The notes: a model not told the origin generated them from the letters alone. A stretch of DNA of 64,000 nt from an uncultured Clostridia bacterium (GCA_947589365.1 CANQAJ010000001.1:11605-75604); one strand, 5' to 3'; positions 38,708-49,118 are shown, counted from the stretch's first letter. A program made the numbers and translations.

Positions 38708-39436
38708 ATGATACATCTTGAAAATGTTTCTAAGGTATACCCTAACGGTACTGAAGCTCTTAAGAATATAAGCCTCGATATCGAACAGGGAGAATTTGTT
38801 TTTATTGTAGGTCCGTCCGGTGCGGGAAAAAGTACCTTTTTGAAACTGCTTATACATGAGGAAACCGCTACCTTCGGTAAAATAAGGGTTAACGGTTATG
38901 ATTTAACAAATATAAAGCAGCGTAAGGTTCCGTATCTCAGAAGAACAATGGGAATCGTTTTTCAGGACTTCCGACTTATAGAAAAAATGAACGTTTATGA
39001 TAATATTGCATTTGCAATGAGGGCTATCGGTGCTCATGAAAGGGATATAAAAAAGCGTGTCAGATTTGTTATAGATATGGTCGGACTTAACGGAAAGGAA
39101 AAATGCCGTCCGAATGAACTTTCGGGCGGCGAACAGCAAAGGGTGAGTCTTGCAAGAGCTCTTGTCAATAATCCCGAAATGCTCATTGCTGATGAACCGA
39201 CAGGTAATATTGACCCGAAAATGTCCTTTGATATTATGAAAAAACTCGTGGAAATCAATAACAGGGGTACTACTATTATCGTTGTTACACACGAGCATGA
39301 ACTTGTTAAGGAATTCGGCGGCAGGGTCGTCATAATCAAAGGCGGAGAAATAGAACTCGACAAAAAGCTTCCTACAAAATATCACCCGTCAGACGAGACA
39401 GACGTTTCGGAGGAAGACAGCGAGGAGGCAGAATGA
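38708..39436 (+). CDS. ftsE: Cell division ATP-binding protein FtsE
   Basis: Walker A (GPSGAGKST), the signature motif (LSGGEQQR) and Walker B (LIADEPTGNID) are present. The gene overlaps ftsX by 4 nt. Confidence 0.95.
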   Translation: MIHLENVSKVYPNGTEALKNISLDIEQGEFVFIVGPSGAGKSTFLKLLIHEETATFGKIRVNGYDLTNIKQRKVPYLRRTMGIVFQDFRLIEKMNVYDNIAFAMRAIGAHERDIKKRVRFVIDMVGLNGKEKCRPNELSGGEQQRVSLARALVNNPEMLIADEPTGNIDPKMSFDIMKKLVEINNRGTTIIVVTHEHELVKEFGGRVVIIKGGEIELDKKLPTKYHPSDETDVSEEDSEEAE

Positions 39437-40350
39437 TGAAATTCACAAGCAGCAGGTATCTGGTCAAGGAGGGACTTAAGAATATATGGAATAACAGGAT
39501 GATGTCTTTGGCGTCAGTCGTTGTTCTTGTTTCGTGCCTTGTTATAACAGGTGCTGCGGTTCTTATATCGGCTAATGTCAACAACCTTATTTCAACCATA
39601 GGTGATGATAATCAGATAAATGTATATCTGGATTATCAGATGTCCGATATTGAAGCCATAAGGTTAGGAACCGAGATAAAAACGATACCCAATGTTGATG
39701 AGTGTAAGTTTTTTTCAAAAGACGAGGGTATCAAGGAATTTAAGGATAAAATCGGTAATGACCTATACCAGAGTATGCAGGGGGATGATAATCCTCTCGG
39801 TCATGTATACAAGGTAAGGCTGAAGGATCTTTCCGAATACAGCAGCACAATTGATGAGATAAAGAAAATTGACGGTGTTGTCAGTGTGAGCGACAGAGCA
39901 GCCATTGCCCGGACACTTACTAAATTAAATTACTTTGTCGCCATAGCAGGTTTCTGGGTTGTTCTTATACTCGGAATAGTTACTCTTTTCATTATATCAA
40001 ATACAATAAAAATGACAATGTATTCAAGACGGTTTGAGATAAGTATAATGAAATCCGTGGGTGCAACAAATACATTTGTGCGGATACCTTTCATAATCGA
40101 GGCTATGAGTATAGGTCTTTTGGCAGGACTTCTTTCATCCGCAGCACTTATCGGTATTTATGACCCTGTCAGAGAATCTGCCGGCAGTATGCTGTCTATG
40201 CTGGCTACAGCCACTATACCCCTCAGTGATGTATGGCTCAGGATATTGTTGGCATTGTCCGGTGCGGGCATTCTTATCGGTGCATTGGGAGGATTTATTT
40301 CTATAACGAAATATCTCCGCAAGGAAGGAGGAGAGATCCTTGGTTGGTAA
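39433..40350 (+). CDS. ftsX: Cell division permease-like protein FtsX
   Basis: The FtsX topology is present: TM1, a large extracytoplasmic loop, then three C-terminal TMs. The gene follows ftsE. Confidence 0.9.
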   Translation: MMKFTSSRYLVKEGLKNIWNNRMMSLASVVVLVSCLVITGAAVLISANVNNLISTIGDDNQINVYLDYQMSDIEAIRLGTEIKTIPNVDECKFFSKDEGIKEFKDKIGNDLYQSMQGDDNPLGHVYKVRLKDLSEYSSTIDEIKKIDGVVSVSDRAAIARTLTKLNYFVAIAGFWVVLILGIVTLFIISNTIKMTMYSRRFEISIMKSVGATNTFVRIPFIIEAMSIGLLAGLLSSAALIGIYDPVRESAGSMLSMLATATIPLSDVWLRILLALSGAGILIGALGGFISITKYLRKEGGEILGW

Positions 40351-41620
40351 AAATAAATTTATTAAGCTCTTTATAAGTATTCTTTCGTTTACGCTTTCCG
40401 CTGCTGTTTTCACTATGTCTAATGTATGTGCATTTGACAAGGAAGAAAATTCCCGTCAGCATGAGCAGCTTGAACAGGAAAACTCCCAATATATGGAGGA
40501 ACTCGAGGAAGCTCAAAAAACACTCGATGAAAAAGAAGAGTACAGCAAGAAGCTTCAAAAACAGATATCCGAGCTTACCGTCAAAATACGGAACAGTAAC
40601 GACCGAATAAAAAAGCTTAATTCCGGGATAAAGGAAAAGCAGGCACAGATTGACGAAAGGGTCGATGCTATTGATGACAGGCTTGAGCTGCTGCGGTCAA
40701 GACTGCGTTCTCTTTATATGGCGGGCGATATATCAACGCTTGAAGTAATATTACAGGCAAAGGATTTTTCCGATTTTGTCGATACGATGGAGCTTGCACA
40801 AAGTATTTCCGCATATGACAATAATCTTATCAACGGTCTTAAGAAAGAAATGGCAGGTATCGGAGAGGAGCAGGAAAAGCTTCGCAGCGACAAAGCGGCT
40901 GTTGAAGAAGAGAAAAAGAATCTTGAAGATAATAAGAAGCGGATAAACAAGCTTTCCGCCGAAAACGAGGAGATCATTCTTGAGCTTACGCAGCAGAAGG
41001 AGAATACCGAGCAGGCCATAGAGGAAAATCAGCAAAAGATGAAGGAGCTTGAGGATGCACTTAACCAATACAATAAGGAGCTTGCCGAGCAGGTAAGAAA
41101 ACGCAGGCTTGAGCTATTGCAGCAACAGCAGGCCAATAAGAATGACAATAAAAATGATAATAACACATTAACGAATGATGAACCTTTTGTGGATACAAGC
41201 GGGAATTTTGTCTGGCCGTGTCCGGGACACACATATCTGACATCAACATTTGAAGAATGGAGAGGTGCAGACAATCATGGTGCCCTTGATATAGCAGATG
41301 GAGATATATACGGTTCGTCTGTTGTAGCTTGCTATTACGGTACGGTTATAGCTACCTATGATGGCTGTCCGCATGATTACGGAAAATCTTCAAGCTGCGG
41401 CTGCGGCGGCGGTTACGGAAATTACGTTATGATCGACCACGGCGGCGGAAAGGTTTCCATATACGGACATCTTTCGGGTGTAGCAATTTCCGAGGGAGCT
41501 GAGGTAGTTCCCGGGCAGCTTATCGGTTATGTCGGCTCAACGGGATATTCCACAGGACCGCATCTTCATTTTGAAATGCAGTATTACGGAGTACGCTACA
41601 ATCCTCTTGATGAATATTAA
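40340..41620 (+). CDS. Coiled-coil M23 peptidoglycan metalloendopeptidase (EnvC/PcsB-like FtsEX partner)
   Basis: A signal/anchor sequence and a long coiled coil precede a C-terminal M23 domain. That domain has intact metal ligands (HGALDIA, GSTGYSTGPHLHFE). The start is TTG and overlaps the ftsX end. Confidence 0.85.
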   Translation: MVGKNKFIKLFISILSFTLSAAVFTMSNVCAFDKEENSRQHEQLEQENSQYMEELEEAQKTLDEKEEYSKKLQKQISELTVKIRNSNDRIKKLNSGIKEKQAQIDERVDAIDDRLELLRSRLRSLYMAGDISTLEVILQAKDFSDFVDTMELAQSISAYDNNLINGLKKEMAGIGEEQEKLRSDKAAVEEEKKNLEDNKKRINKLSAENEEIILELTQQKENTEQAIEENQQKMKELEDALNQYNKELAEQVRKRRLELLQQQQANKNDNKNDNNTLTNDEPFVDTSGNFVWPCPGHTYLTSTFEEWRGADNHGALDIADGDIYGSSVVACYYGTVIATYDGCPHDYGKSSSCGCGGGYGNYVMIDHGGGKVSIYGHLSGVAISEGAEVVPGQLIGYVGSTGYSTGPHLHFEMQYYGVRYNPLDEY

Positions 41621-41624
41621 TAAA

Positions 41625-41661
41625 ACACTCCTGACCAATGCGGTTCAGGAGTGTCTTTTTG
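41625..41661. terminator. Terminator between the convergent M23 gene and sbcC
   Basis: The stem acactcctgacc / ggttcaggagtgt is followed by ctttttg on the plus strand. Confidence 0.75.
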
Positions 41662-44451
41662 TCATATTTCTACCTTTGCGGTTGTTATATTATTTTCATT
41701 TGATACAATAATTCTTTTGTTTATCATCTCTTTAAGCCGTCCGACATGAGATATAATTCCTATAAGACATTCGCCTGTGCTTAATTCTTTAAGTGTTTGT
41801 ATTGCTTTCACTAATGATTTGTCATCAAGTGAGCCAAAGCCCTCATCTATAAACATTGTATCAAGATGTATTCCTCCCGACACGGACTGTATCTCATCAG
41901 ATAACCCGAGTGAAAGTGCAAGTGCTGCCATGAATTTTTCTCCGCCCGAAAGTGTATTCACACTCCTCATTTTACCGTTTGCATTATCCGCAACGTTTAT
42001 ATCAAGTCCGAAAGTCCTTCTTTTATCGTCCGAACTGTCACTGCGTACAAGCTTATACCTGCCGTCTGTCATTTTATACATACGGTTGTTTGCCCTGAGA
42101 AGTATTCTGTCAAAATACGCTGCTACAACATATGTATCAAACTTGATTTTTCCGTTTGCAGTATCCGAAAGCTCCCTGCAATTGTTGTAATATTCTATTG
42201 CCTTACGGCAGTTTTCACGCCCGCCTTTAAGTATTCCGACAGCATTTTCATTACCTCTGATCCTTGCTGAAATTTTTGTCCTTTCCTCATCCATTAATTT
42301 AAATTCCGATTCAAGATTCGAGTGGATTATATTCAGTGATTCAATATCTTGCTTCTCACTTTCCGATATCTGCTTTTTCAGCAATTCCTCATTTGCGGCA
42401 ATTTCCCCTATCTTTCTTATATGCTGTTCCAAGTCTGTTCTTATATTCTCATATTCCGACCTTAAATTCTCAGCCTGTCTTAAAAGCTCATTGATTTTAT
42501 TCTGTGCCTCTGATTTTGACTTATATTCAAGTGTAATTTTAAGCTCGGATTTTTGCCTTAAGGCAGCATCTGCCTTTTCTGACTGCACATTTGCTTCCCC
42601 GGTAAGTATAACTATTTGTTTATTTATATCATCACACTCTGTCCTCTTATCCGCAACCGATTTTTTTAACTTGTCCTTTTCTTCAATCATTCCGGAAAAT
42701 TTATCAATCTCCCTTTTAACGCTTAAGACATTTTTCCGGAGGTCTGAGAGAGTTTTTTCAATATAGCAGCCCAGCGATTCGTCCTCAATATGTTCGCCGA
42801 ATAACTCATCTGCTTTTTTTCTCATGTTAAGATATGAACTTTCCGACTTTGCCCTGCTCTCGGCACATTTATTGCTGTCTTTTTCCCTCTGTTCGTTAAG
42901 TCTTGCGGTTTCTATTCTTGCTTTTTCAACTTCCTCCTTTGACGTGGCACCCTGTTTTTGTTTTGCCGGAGCAGGATGGTTAGTCGAACCGCATACAGGA
43001 CATGGTTTGCCGTCCTCAAGCTGCTGTGAAAGCAAGCCTGCTTGGTCGTCAAGAAATGCCGTATGCATCTGTTCATATAATTCGTTTTGCCGGGTATATC
43101 TGTTTCTTGACTCCTCATATGCCTTTTTATCCTGCTCAGCAATTATTTTCAGATTATTGCTTTCCTTATATTCTTCGGACAACGCACTGAGAGCCTTTCC
43201 CGTTACAACTATTTTTTCGTACTCTGCTTTTTTTGCTTCGCACTTAGCTTCAACACCCTCAAGCTCCTCAAGACGATTATCGGAAGCTATAATATCATTA
43301 TTAAGTGCCTTAAACCTTTCATTCAAAGAACCCAGCTCGGCATTACATTTATTTTCGCACTTTTTTGCCCTCTCATATTCATTCGACAACTCATCAAGCT
43401 TATCATAATCTTTAATTCTTGACAGGATAATATTCGCTTTCCCCTCAAATTCCGATGCACGACCGGGATTATCTTTGGCTTTATTATACCTATCCTCTAA
43501 CATAGGCTTTTCAGCTTCCAGCCTTTTTCGTTTTTCGGTATTTTCGTTAAGCTCATTTTCGTAACCAATCACTATCGAGGCAGTATGCAGCTTTTTCTTT
43601 ATTTCCTCATCCTTGCCCCTGTTATCATCAATCCGTTTTTGCAGTCTATCGCATTTTTCTTTATCCTCCCGAATTACTTCCCCCAGCAGCTTAATTATTC
43701 TGTCGGCATCCTCCGCTGATGTAATTCCGAGAGAAATTTTGGCGTTTACTTCTGTATAATATTCACTTTCATTATCACACGAAATAAGCATCAATGCAGC
43801 CGAAAGTTCACTCAAAAGTTCATCCTTTCTTTTTTCCGCATCAGCTTTATACTGCCTGAGCTTGTCCCTTAATTCTTCATATATAACCGTGCCGAATACA
43901 TCATTCAGAATTTCTTTGCGATTTTCCGTGCTTTCGCAAATAACATCCATAAATTCGCCCTGTGCAATCATGCAGATTTTTTTGAAATTCTTTTTTTCAA
44001 TACCGATAATTTCTTCAATCTTTGCAGTTCCTTCCCTTTCCTTTGTATAGGTCTCGCCTTCGCTTATACACCTTAATTCAAGCTTGCTGCCATGATTAAC
44101 GCTTTGAATTTCGTCCGCACCGATTTTGCTTGTTTTTTTTCTTTTATTAACCTGATACTTAGGCGACCTGTATATGACATACTCCTGTCCTTTTTCCATA
44201 AAATGAAGTTCTACAAAGGTTTCCGTGGAAGAATCCGCACCTTTATTTCTCAGCATTGATGCACTTCTGTCGCTTCCGCTTACGGTTTCGCCGTACAGTG
44301 CATAGCTTATTGCCTCAAAAATCGTGGTTTTTCCTGCTCCGGTATCGCCTGTAATCAGATATATCCCGCTGTCCCCTATCCGTGAAAAATCAATTTCTGT
44401 CCTGTTAAGATACGGACCGAATGCAGATAATACAAGCTTTATAGGTTTCAT
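41662..44451 (-). CDS. sbcC: Exonuclease SbcC (Rad50-like SMC ATPase)
   Basis: Walker A (GDTGAGKTT), a long coiled coil with the zinc hook CPVCGS, the signature LSGGEKF and Walker B (FIDEGFGSLD) are present. The start is ATG 44451 (MKPIK), preceded by GGGGGGA. Confidence 0.9.
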   Translation of the reverse strand: MKPIKLVLSAFGPYLNRTEIDFSRIGDSGIYLITGDTGAGKTTIFEAISYALYGETVSGSDRSASMLRNKGADSSTETFVELHFMEKGQEYVIYRSPKYQVNKRKKTSKIGADEIQSVNHGSKLELRCISEGETYTKEREGTAKIEEIIGIEKKNFKKICMIAQGEFMDVICESTENRKEILNDVFGTVIYEELRDKLRQYKADAEKRKDELLSELSAALMLISCDNESEYYTEVNAKISLGITSAEDADRIIKLLGEVIREDKEKCDRLQKRIDDNRGKDEEIKKKLHTASIVIGYENELNENTEKRKRLEAEKPMLEDRYNKAKDNPGRASEFEGKANIILSRIKDYDKLDELSNEYERAKKCENKCNAELGSLNERFKALNNDIIASDNRLEELEGVEAKCEAKKAEYEKIVVTGKALSALSEEYKESNNLKIIAEQDKKAYEESRNRYTRQNELYEQMHTAFLDDQAGLLSQQLEDGKPCPVCGSTNHPAPAKQKQGATSKEEVEKARIETARLNEQREKDSNKCAESRAKSESSYLNMRKKADELFGEHIEDESLGCYIEKTLSDLRKNVLSVKREIDKFSGMIEEKDKLKKSVADKRTECDDINKQIVILTGEANVQSEKADAALRQKSELKITLEYKSKSEAQNKINELLRQAENLRSEYENIRTDLEQHIRKIGEIAANEELLKKQISESEKQDIESLNIIHSNLESEFKLMDEERTKISARIRGNENAVGILKGGRENCRKAIEYYNNCRELSDTANGKIKFDTYVVAAYFDRILLRANNRMYKMTDGRYKLVRSDSSDDKRRTFGLDINVADNANGKMRSVNTLSGGEKFMAALALSLGLSDEIQSVSGGIHLDTMFIDEGFGSLDDKSLVKAIQTLKELSTGECLIGIISHVGRLKEMINKRIIVSNENNITTAKVEI

Positions 44452-44453
44452 TA

Positions 44454-45608
44454 TTATTCCCCCCATACTTCCTTGATTGCCTTATTTAAAATATCCATCT
44501 GAGAATCATTCATTCCCTCACCGTTATTGACGGTAGTGAAAAAATCCGAAAACATCTCAAACGGTGAACGCTGACTTGTTGTTTCTCCCGAATCGGACAT
44601 ATTTATATTCCAATTCTGTTCACTTATTTTATAGTCTACGCTCATAAGCCGCGGGTAAAGCTTTCTCAGCTTAATTGCCGCATCATCAATATAATCCTTG
44701 TTCGTGAGAGTTATATAAGCATAATCATCGGATATTATACCGTTTTCATTGAGTTTTGCCGAAATAATATCCTCAAAACTTCCCTCTATGCTTATCATAT
44801 CATGCTTGGGTATGAGAGGAACGGTTCTTATATCAATATCACAAAGATTTTCGCCGTGCTTTTCTCCGAGTGTTATAACGGTATATGATTTATTCTGATT
44901 TACTTCATTGACAGAATATTTAAGCTGTGTACCGCAATACCTTATTCTGTTGTTATTAAACCCCTGTGACCTGTGTATATGACCGAGGGCGACATAATCG
45001 AACGGTTCGTATACAATTTTCGATATGCAGTCAAGTCCGCCCACGGAAGACGCCTCCTCCGATTCCGAAAATGATGCTCCAGCAACAAATTGGTGCGATA
45101 ACAGAACATTGCGTTCCGACCTGTTCAAATTCATATTTTTTACAACAAGCCCGAAAGCTTCGGTATAATCGGTTATATCCGTATCATAAGCATTATTTAC
45201 ATCGGTTATCCTTATGAACGGAACGGTATAGAAATTTATATTCCCGTATTCATCGGAAAGCACAATCGGTTTCTGATACCCGTTAAAAACACTATGAATA
45301 TATACTCTGCTTTTTTTGATAAGCTCCGAGCAAAACGACAGACGACCCGATGAATCATGATTTCCGCTTATCAATATAACATCAAGATCATTTTCCGCAA
45401 GATATGTAAGGAAGCTACCGAGAAGCCTTACCGCTTCAATTGAAGGATTACTCCTGTCATAGACATCACCTGAAATAAGCACAGCTTCGGGTTTTTCCCT
45501 TTTTATATCCTCCAGTATTTTTCCGAGGATATATTCCTGTTCATCAATCATTGAAAAATTGTTGACTGTCTTTCCGATATGTAAATCGGACAAATGAAAT
45601 AATTTCAT
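44454..45608 (-). CDS. sbcD: Exonuclease SbcD (Mre11-like phosphoesterase)
   Basis: The phosphoesterase motifs HLSDLHIGK, GDVYDR, GNHD and GHIH are present. Confidence 0.92.
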   Translation of the reverse strand: MKLFHLSDLHIGKTVNNFSMIDEQEYILGKILEDIKREKPEAVLISGDVYDRSNPSIEAVRLLGSFLTYLAENDLDVILISGNHDSSGRLSFCSELIKKSRVYIHSVFNGYQKPIVLSDEYGNINFYTVPFIRITDVNNAYDTDITDYTEAFGLVVKNMNLNRSERNVLLSHQFVAGASFSESEEASSVGGLDCISKIVYEPFDYVALGHIHRSQGFNNNRIRYCGTQLKYSVNEVNQNKSYTVITLGEKHGENLCDIDIRTVPLIPKHDMISIEGSFEDIISAKLNENGIISDDYAYITLTNKDYIDDAAIKLRKLYPRLMSVDYKISEQNWNINMSDSGETTSQRSPFEMFSDFFTTVNNGEGMNDSQMDILNKAIKEVWGE

Positions 45609-45746
45609 TTATATCACCGCCTATGGATTATGTAATATTATTATAGCATATTCCTATAGATGAAAAAATATTTTTTTTAAATGTGTACAATAAAAGGGAC
45701 TATGTATTCAGTCTTAATAAACCGAATAAAAGTCCCCTGTGCATAT

Positions 45747-46634
45747 TTAATTTTTCTTTTTTTGGGATTTTACGGTTTTCTTGCTTTCAATGAACTCGGC
45801 AAGCTTCTTACTTCCGAAAAGTATTGAAATACCAAAACCTGCAAGAAGAACGGCTATTGAGATATATCCCTCAATATTAAATTCAAAACCCGAATTTCTG
45901 TACAGGGATATAAGCGAGCCTGCCATAAGTCCCATAATCCCGTAAAATGTCAGTTGAGGAAATTTTTTTATACAAAGATCAATAATTTTTGCTCCGCCGA
46001 GTATGCCTGCTATTACCCCGAGTCCCACCGGAATAAGAGTTACTATAGAATTTATAGGCGATTTTGTAAGGTGTGATATTGATAACAATACAGTCGGATA
46101 AAGACCTATCATCATAAGTATCATTGAGCCGCTTACACCCGGGATAATCATGCACATTGCGGCAAGTATCGAACCGAAAAACAGATAAAACCAATTGAAC
46201 ACATTCATTTCAAGCATGGTATTTCCTACCTCTGCTTCATCTGTATTTACAAATGCCAATACTGCCATAATAACAAAGAAAATTACAAAAGGAATAATTG
46301 AAACCGGTTTGAATTTTGTTTCGGATGCTTTTCTGAAAACAAGCGGAAGGCTTCCTGCTATAAGTCCGATAAAAAAGAAGAACGTGGGCATCGGATGAGA
46401 GTCAAGAAGATATTCAAGCAGCTTTGAAAAGGCAACTATTCCTATTCCCGCACCGACAACAATGGGAATAAGGAATAATACACTTTTTTTAAAATTCTTC
46501 CTGAGTTCCGTTACCGAAGAAATAAGCTTATCGTAAATATTGAGCATAACCGCCATAGTACCGCCGCTTACACCGGGAATTATATTGGCAATTCCTATTA
46601 TTGCCCCGCAAATCATATTGATAATAAAAGACAT
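45747..46634 (-). CDS. DUF368 family polytopic membrane protein
   Basis: The duplicated signatures PGVSGGTMAV and PGVSGSMILM are typical of DUF368. Confidence 0.85.
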   Translation of the reverse strand: MSFIINMICGAIIGIANIIPGVSGGTMAVMLNIYDKLISSVTELRKNFKKSVLFLIPIVVGAGIGIVAFSKLLEYLLDSHPMPTFFFFIGLIAGSLPLVFRKASETKFKPVSIIPFVIFFVIMAVLAFVNTDEAEVGNTMLEMNVFNWFYLFFGSILAAMCMIIPGVSGSMILMMIGLYPTVLLSISHLTKSPINSIVTLIPVGLGVIAGILGGAKIIDLCIKKFPQLTFYGIMGLMAGSLISLYRNSGFEFNIEGYISIAVLLAGFGISILFGSKKLAEFIESKKTVKSQKKKN

Positions 46635-46647
46635 AAAAAAACTTCCT

Positions 46648-46830
46648 TTACATTTGTTTTCTAACTATACCGTATTCATCATCATTGCGAAAATAGGGAC
46701 AACTCCTGTAATTTCCGCTGACAAGTGCATAATATTCGTCCTCATCAAGCGTAACAAGACAACAGTATTCTTCCGAATCCTCGTCATAGGTGTAGTAGGT
46801 ACAGCTTTCACATTCATTAAACCCTGCCAA
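46648..46830 (-). CDS. Small acidic Cys-rich protein (60 aa)
   Basis: The sequence is MAGFNECESCTYYTYDEDSEEYCCLVTLDEDEYYALVSGNYRSCPYF. Its stop codon overlaps the RBS (TAAAGGAAG) of the DUF368 gene 13 nt downstream. It resembles a small clostridial DUF family from memory only. Confidence 0.5.
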   Translation of the reverse strand: MAGFNECESCTYYTYDEDSEEYCCLVTLDEDEYYALVSGNYRSCPYFRNDDEYGIVRKQM

Positions 46831-46984
46831 GTAAACTCCCCCTCTTCCGCAAACAAAATATTAACACAAAAAGAAGGAAAATTCAACCCGTTGCTATGAT
46901 TTTATAAAAAGACTTGTAATATGTATAAAAATATGTTATTTTAGATAAGAAAAACCATAAATATTAATGAAAGAGGAAGCTTTT

Positions 46985-47578
46985 ATGGAAAAATATCATT
47001 TTTTTGCAATCATGTCAAGAATGAAATATATAAACCGTTGGTCGCTTATGAATAATACGCGTTCCGAGAATATAAGTGAGCATAGTCTGACTGTCGCAAT
47101 GATTGCACACGCATTATGTATAATCAATAATAAAAAACTCGGCGGAAATACCGATCCCGAACGTGCGGCAGCTGTAGCACTTTTTCATGACTGCACGGAA
47201 ATTATTACCGGCGACCTGCCTACTCCGATAAAATATTCAAGCAAAACCCTCAGAAAAGCATATGCGGATATTGAATTGGAAGCTTCAAGGCAGCTTTTGT
47301 CAACATTGCCCGATTATATGAAAGAGGAATACGAAAAGCTTATCATACATGAAAATGAAGATGAACATCTCATTGCACTTGTCAAGGCGGCAGATAAGAT
47401 TTCCGCATTGGTAAAATGTATTGAGGAAGAACAGATGGGAAATAACGAATTTGCTAAGGCAAAGGAACAGATACTTGAGTATATACGCAGTCTTGATATG
47501 GAGGAGGTCAATATTTTTATGCGTGATTTTATTCCTTCATACAGTCTTTCCCTTGACGAACAGCATATATCACTGTAA
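46985..47578 (+). CDS. YfbR-like HD-domain 5'-deoxynucleotidase
   Basis: RWSLMNNTRSENISEHSL and ALFHDCTEIITGDLPTP are present. AAGAGGAAG precedes ATG 46985. Confidence 0.85.
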   Translation: MEKYHFFAIMSRMKYINRWSLMNNTRSENISEHSLTVAMIAHALCIINNKKLGGNTDPERAAAVALFHDCTEIITGDLPTPIKYSSKTLRKAYADIELEASRQLLSTLPDYMKEEYEKLIIHENEDEHLIALVKAADKISALVKCIEEEQMGNNEFAKAKEQILEYIRSLDMEEVNIFMRDFIPSYSLSLDEQHISL

Positions 47579-47712
47579 AAATATACAAGCAAATGTCCGA
47601 TTTGTTATAAAATATATAAATCCTGACGTTTTTTTGAATTTTATTTGAATATTTGAGAAAACTATTTTATAATATTCCTATCAGTTGAAACAGAATTTAA
47701 GGAGATTTGATT

Positions 47713-49104
47713 ATGTCTGACGAAAGAGATAAGGTTAATTCCCCGCAAAATCCAAAGAGTAATAATTCCTCTGATGATGAGGTTGTTTTTTATGATAACA
47801 AAAAGAAATACGAACCCGCACGTCTGTCGGGCATTCAGAAACCGAGGCAGACAGCAAAGACCGTAAATCATACTGTCAACAAAAAATCTCATAACAAACC
47901 TGCAAATAACAGACCTGCGAATAACAGACCTGCGAATAACAGACCTGCAAAATCTGCAAAGCCTGCCAAAAAAAATACTGATGATGAAAAAAGCATGATT
48001 TCTAAAAAACGTATGATTATAAGTATAACATCCGTTGTTCTCTCCACCCTGTTTATAATTTCCGGTATTGTACTTCTTGTTGTTTATTATATCTTTACGG
48101 CAAGGATAAATTATTTGTCAATAGACGGCAGTATGCCGGAATCGTCTGTAAATTCCGATGCATCTTCCACAGTATCGGAAGCAAAAGAGCAGAGTCTTAA
48201 TACCTATGACGGAGAGCTGCTCAATGACAGACAGGTCCTCAATGTCCTCCTTATCGGTGCTGACACAAGGTATAATCAGGACAGAGGTAATTCCGACACC
48301 ATGATTCTTATTTCCATTGATACCAAGCATAAAAAGCTTAAGCTCCTGTCGTTTATGCGTGATACCTATGTCAGTATTCCGGGATATGAAAGTACAAAGC
48401 TTACTCATTCCTTTTCCTACGGAGGTGCAGAGCTTACGGTTCGTACCGTTCAGCTCAATTACGGTATTCAGATTGACCGTTATGCAATAGTGGACTTCAA
48501 CAGCTTCAAGGGCATAATAGATAAGCTCGGCGGAATTGACATAGAGCTTACTCAGGAAGAGGTTGACTATATTGACTGGCAGACATGGAAAAACCATCAG
48601 GCTGACACAAGACACGAGCTTGATGCAAGCAGCTATACCTATACTCCGAACAGTGAGGGCGTTGAGATGACTAAAGTCCACCTTAACGGCAGACAGGCGT
48701 TATGGCACGCACGTAACAGAGGTGAAGATGGTATATGCAGCGGTGATGACTATGTCAGGACAGAAAGACAGAGAGATGTTATCACACTTATGATAAACGA
48801 TCTTAAAAATTCCGATTTTGCTACCATTATGAATGTTGTATATGAGATAGGTCCCATGATTACAACAAACCTTAAGGCTTCGGAACTGACGACACTTGCG
48901 ACAAATATAACAAAATATCTTAAATATGATATCGTTTCCCAGTCGGCACCGGATTTGTCCATGATAGGACAGGATTTTGTATATGAGGATTATTATCCTA
49001 ACGGAGAAAGACTTAATGTTATTGATATAATTGATTGGGATGCCTTTAGAAAAAAGATAGCAACATATGTTTTCGAGGACGAAAATCCGTTGAAAGCAGC
49101 ATAG
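47713..49104 (+). CDS. LytR-CpsA-Psr (LCP) family protein with a basic, repeat-containing cytoplasmic N-terminus
   Basis: The LCP motifs LLIGADTR..GNSDTMILISID and GRQALWHARNR are present with a single TM helix. AAGGAG lies 8 nt upstream of ATG 47713. Confidence 0.85.
   Translation: MSDERDKVNSPQNPKSNNSSDDEVVFYDNKKKYEPARLSGIQKPRQTAKTVNHTVNKKSHNKPANNRPANNRPANNRPAKSAKPAKKNTDDEKSMISKKRMIISITSVVLSTLFIISGIVLLVVYYIFTARINYLSIDGSMPESSVNSDASSTVSEAKEQSLNTYDGELLNDRQVLNVLLIGADTRYNQDRGNSDTMILISIDTKHKKLKLLSFMRDTYVSIPGYESTKLTHSFSYGGAELTVRTVQLNYGIQIDRYAIVDFNSFKGIIDKLGGIDIELTQEEVDYIDWQTWKNHQADTRHELDASSYTYTPNSEGVEMTKVHLNGRQALWHARNRGEDGICSGDDYVRTERQRDVITLMINDLKNSDFATIMNVVYEIGPMITTNLKASELTTLATNITKYLKYDIVSQSAPDLSMIGQDFVYEDYYPNGERLNVIDIIDWDAFRKKIATYVFEDENPLKAA
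47891..47950 (+). repeat. In-frame 15 bp tandem repeat (3 full units plus partial flanks) encoding (NNRPA)n
   Basis: cctgcaaataacaga / cctgcgaataacaga / cctgcgaataacaga lie at 47899-47943, with partial units on both sides. Confidence 0.85.
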
Positions 49105-49118
49105 TAATTCAAAAGATT

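Noticed and set aside
46665-46886. A 73 aa minus-strand ORF overlaps the 60 aa Cys-rich ORF in another frame.
   Set aside because: I saw no RBS and the composition is poor. The 60 aa frame has a patterned Cys/acidic sequence and is coupled to the downstream DUF368 RBS.
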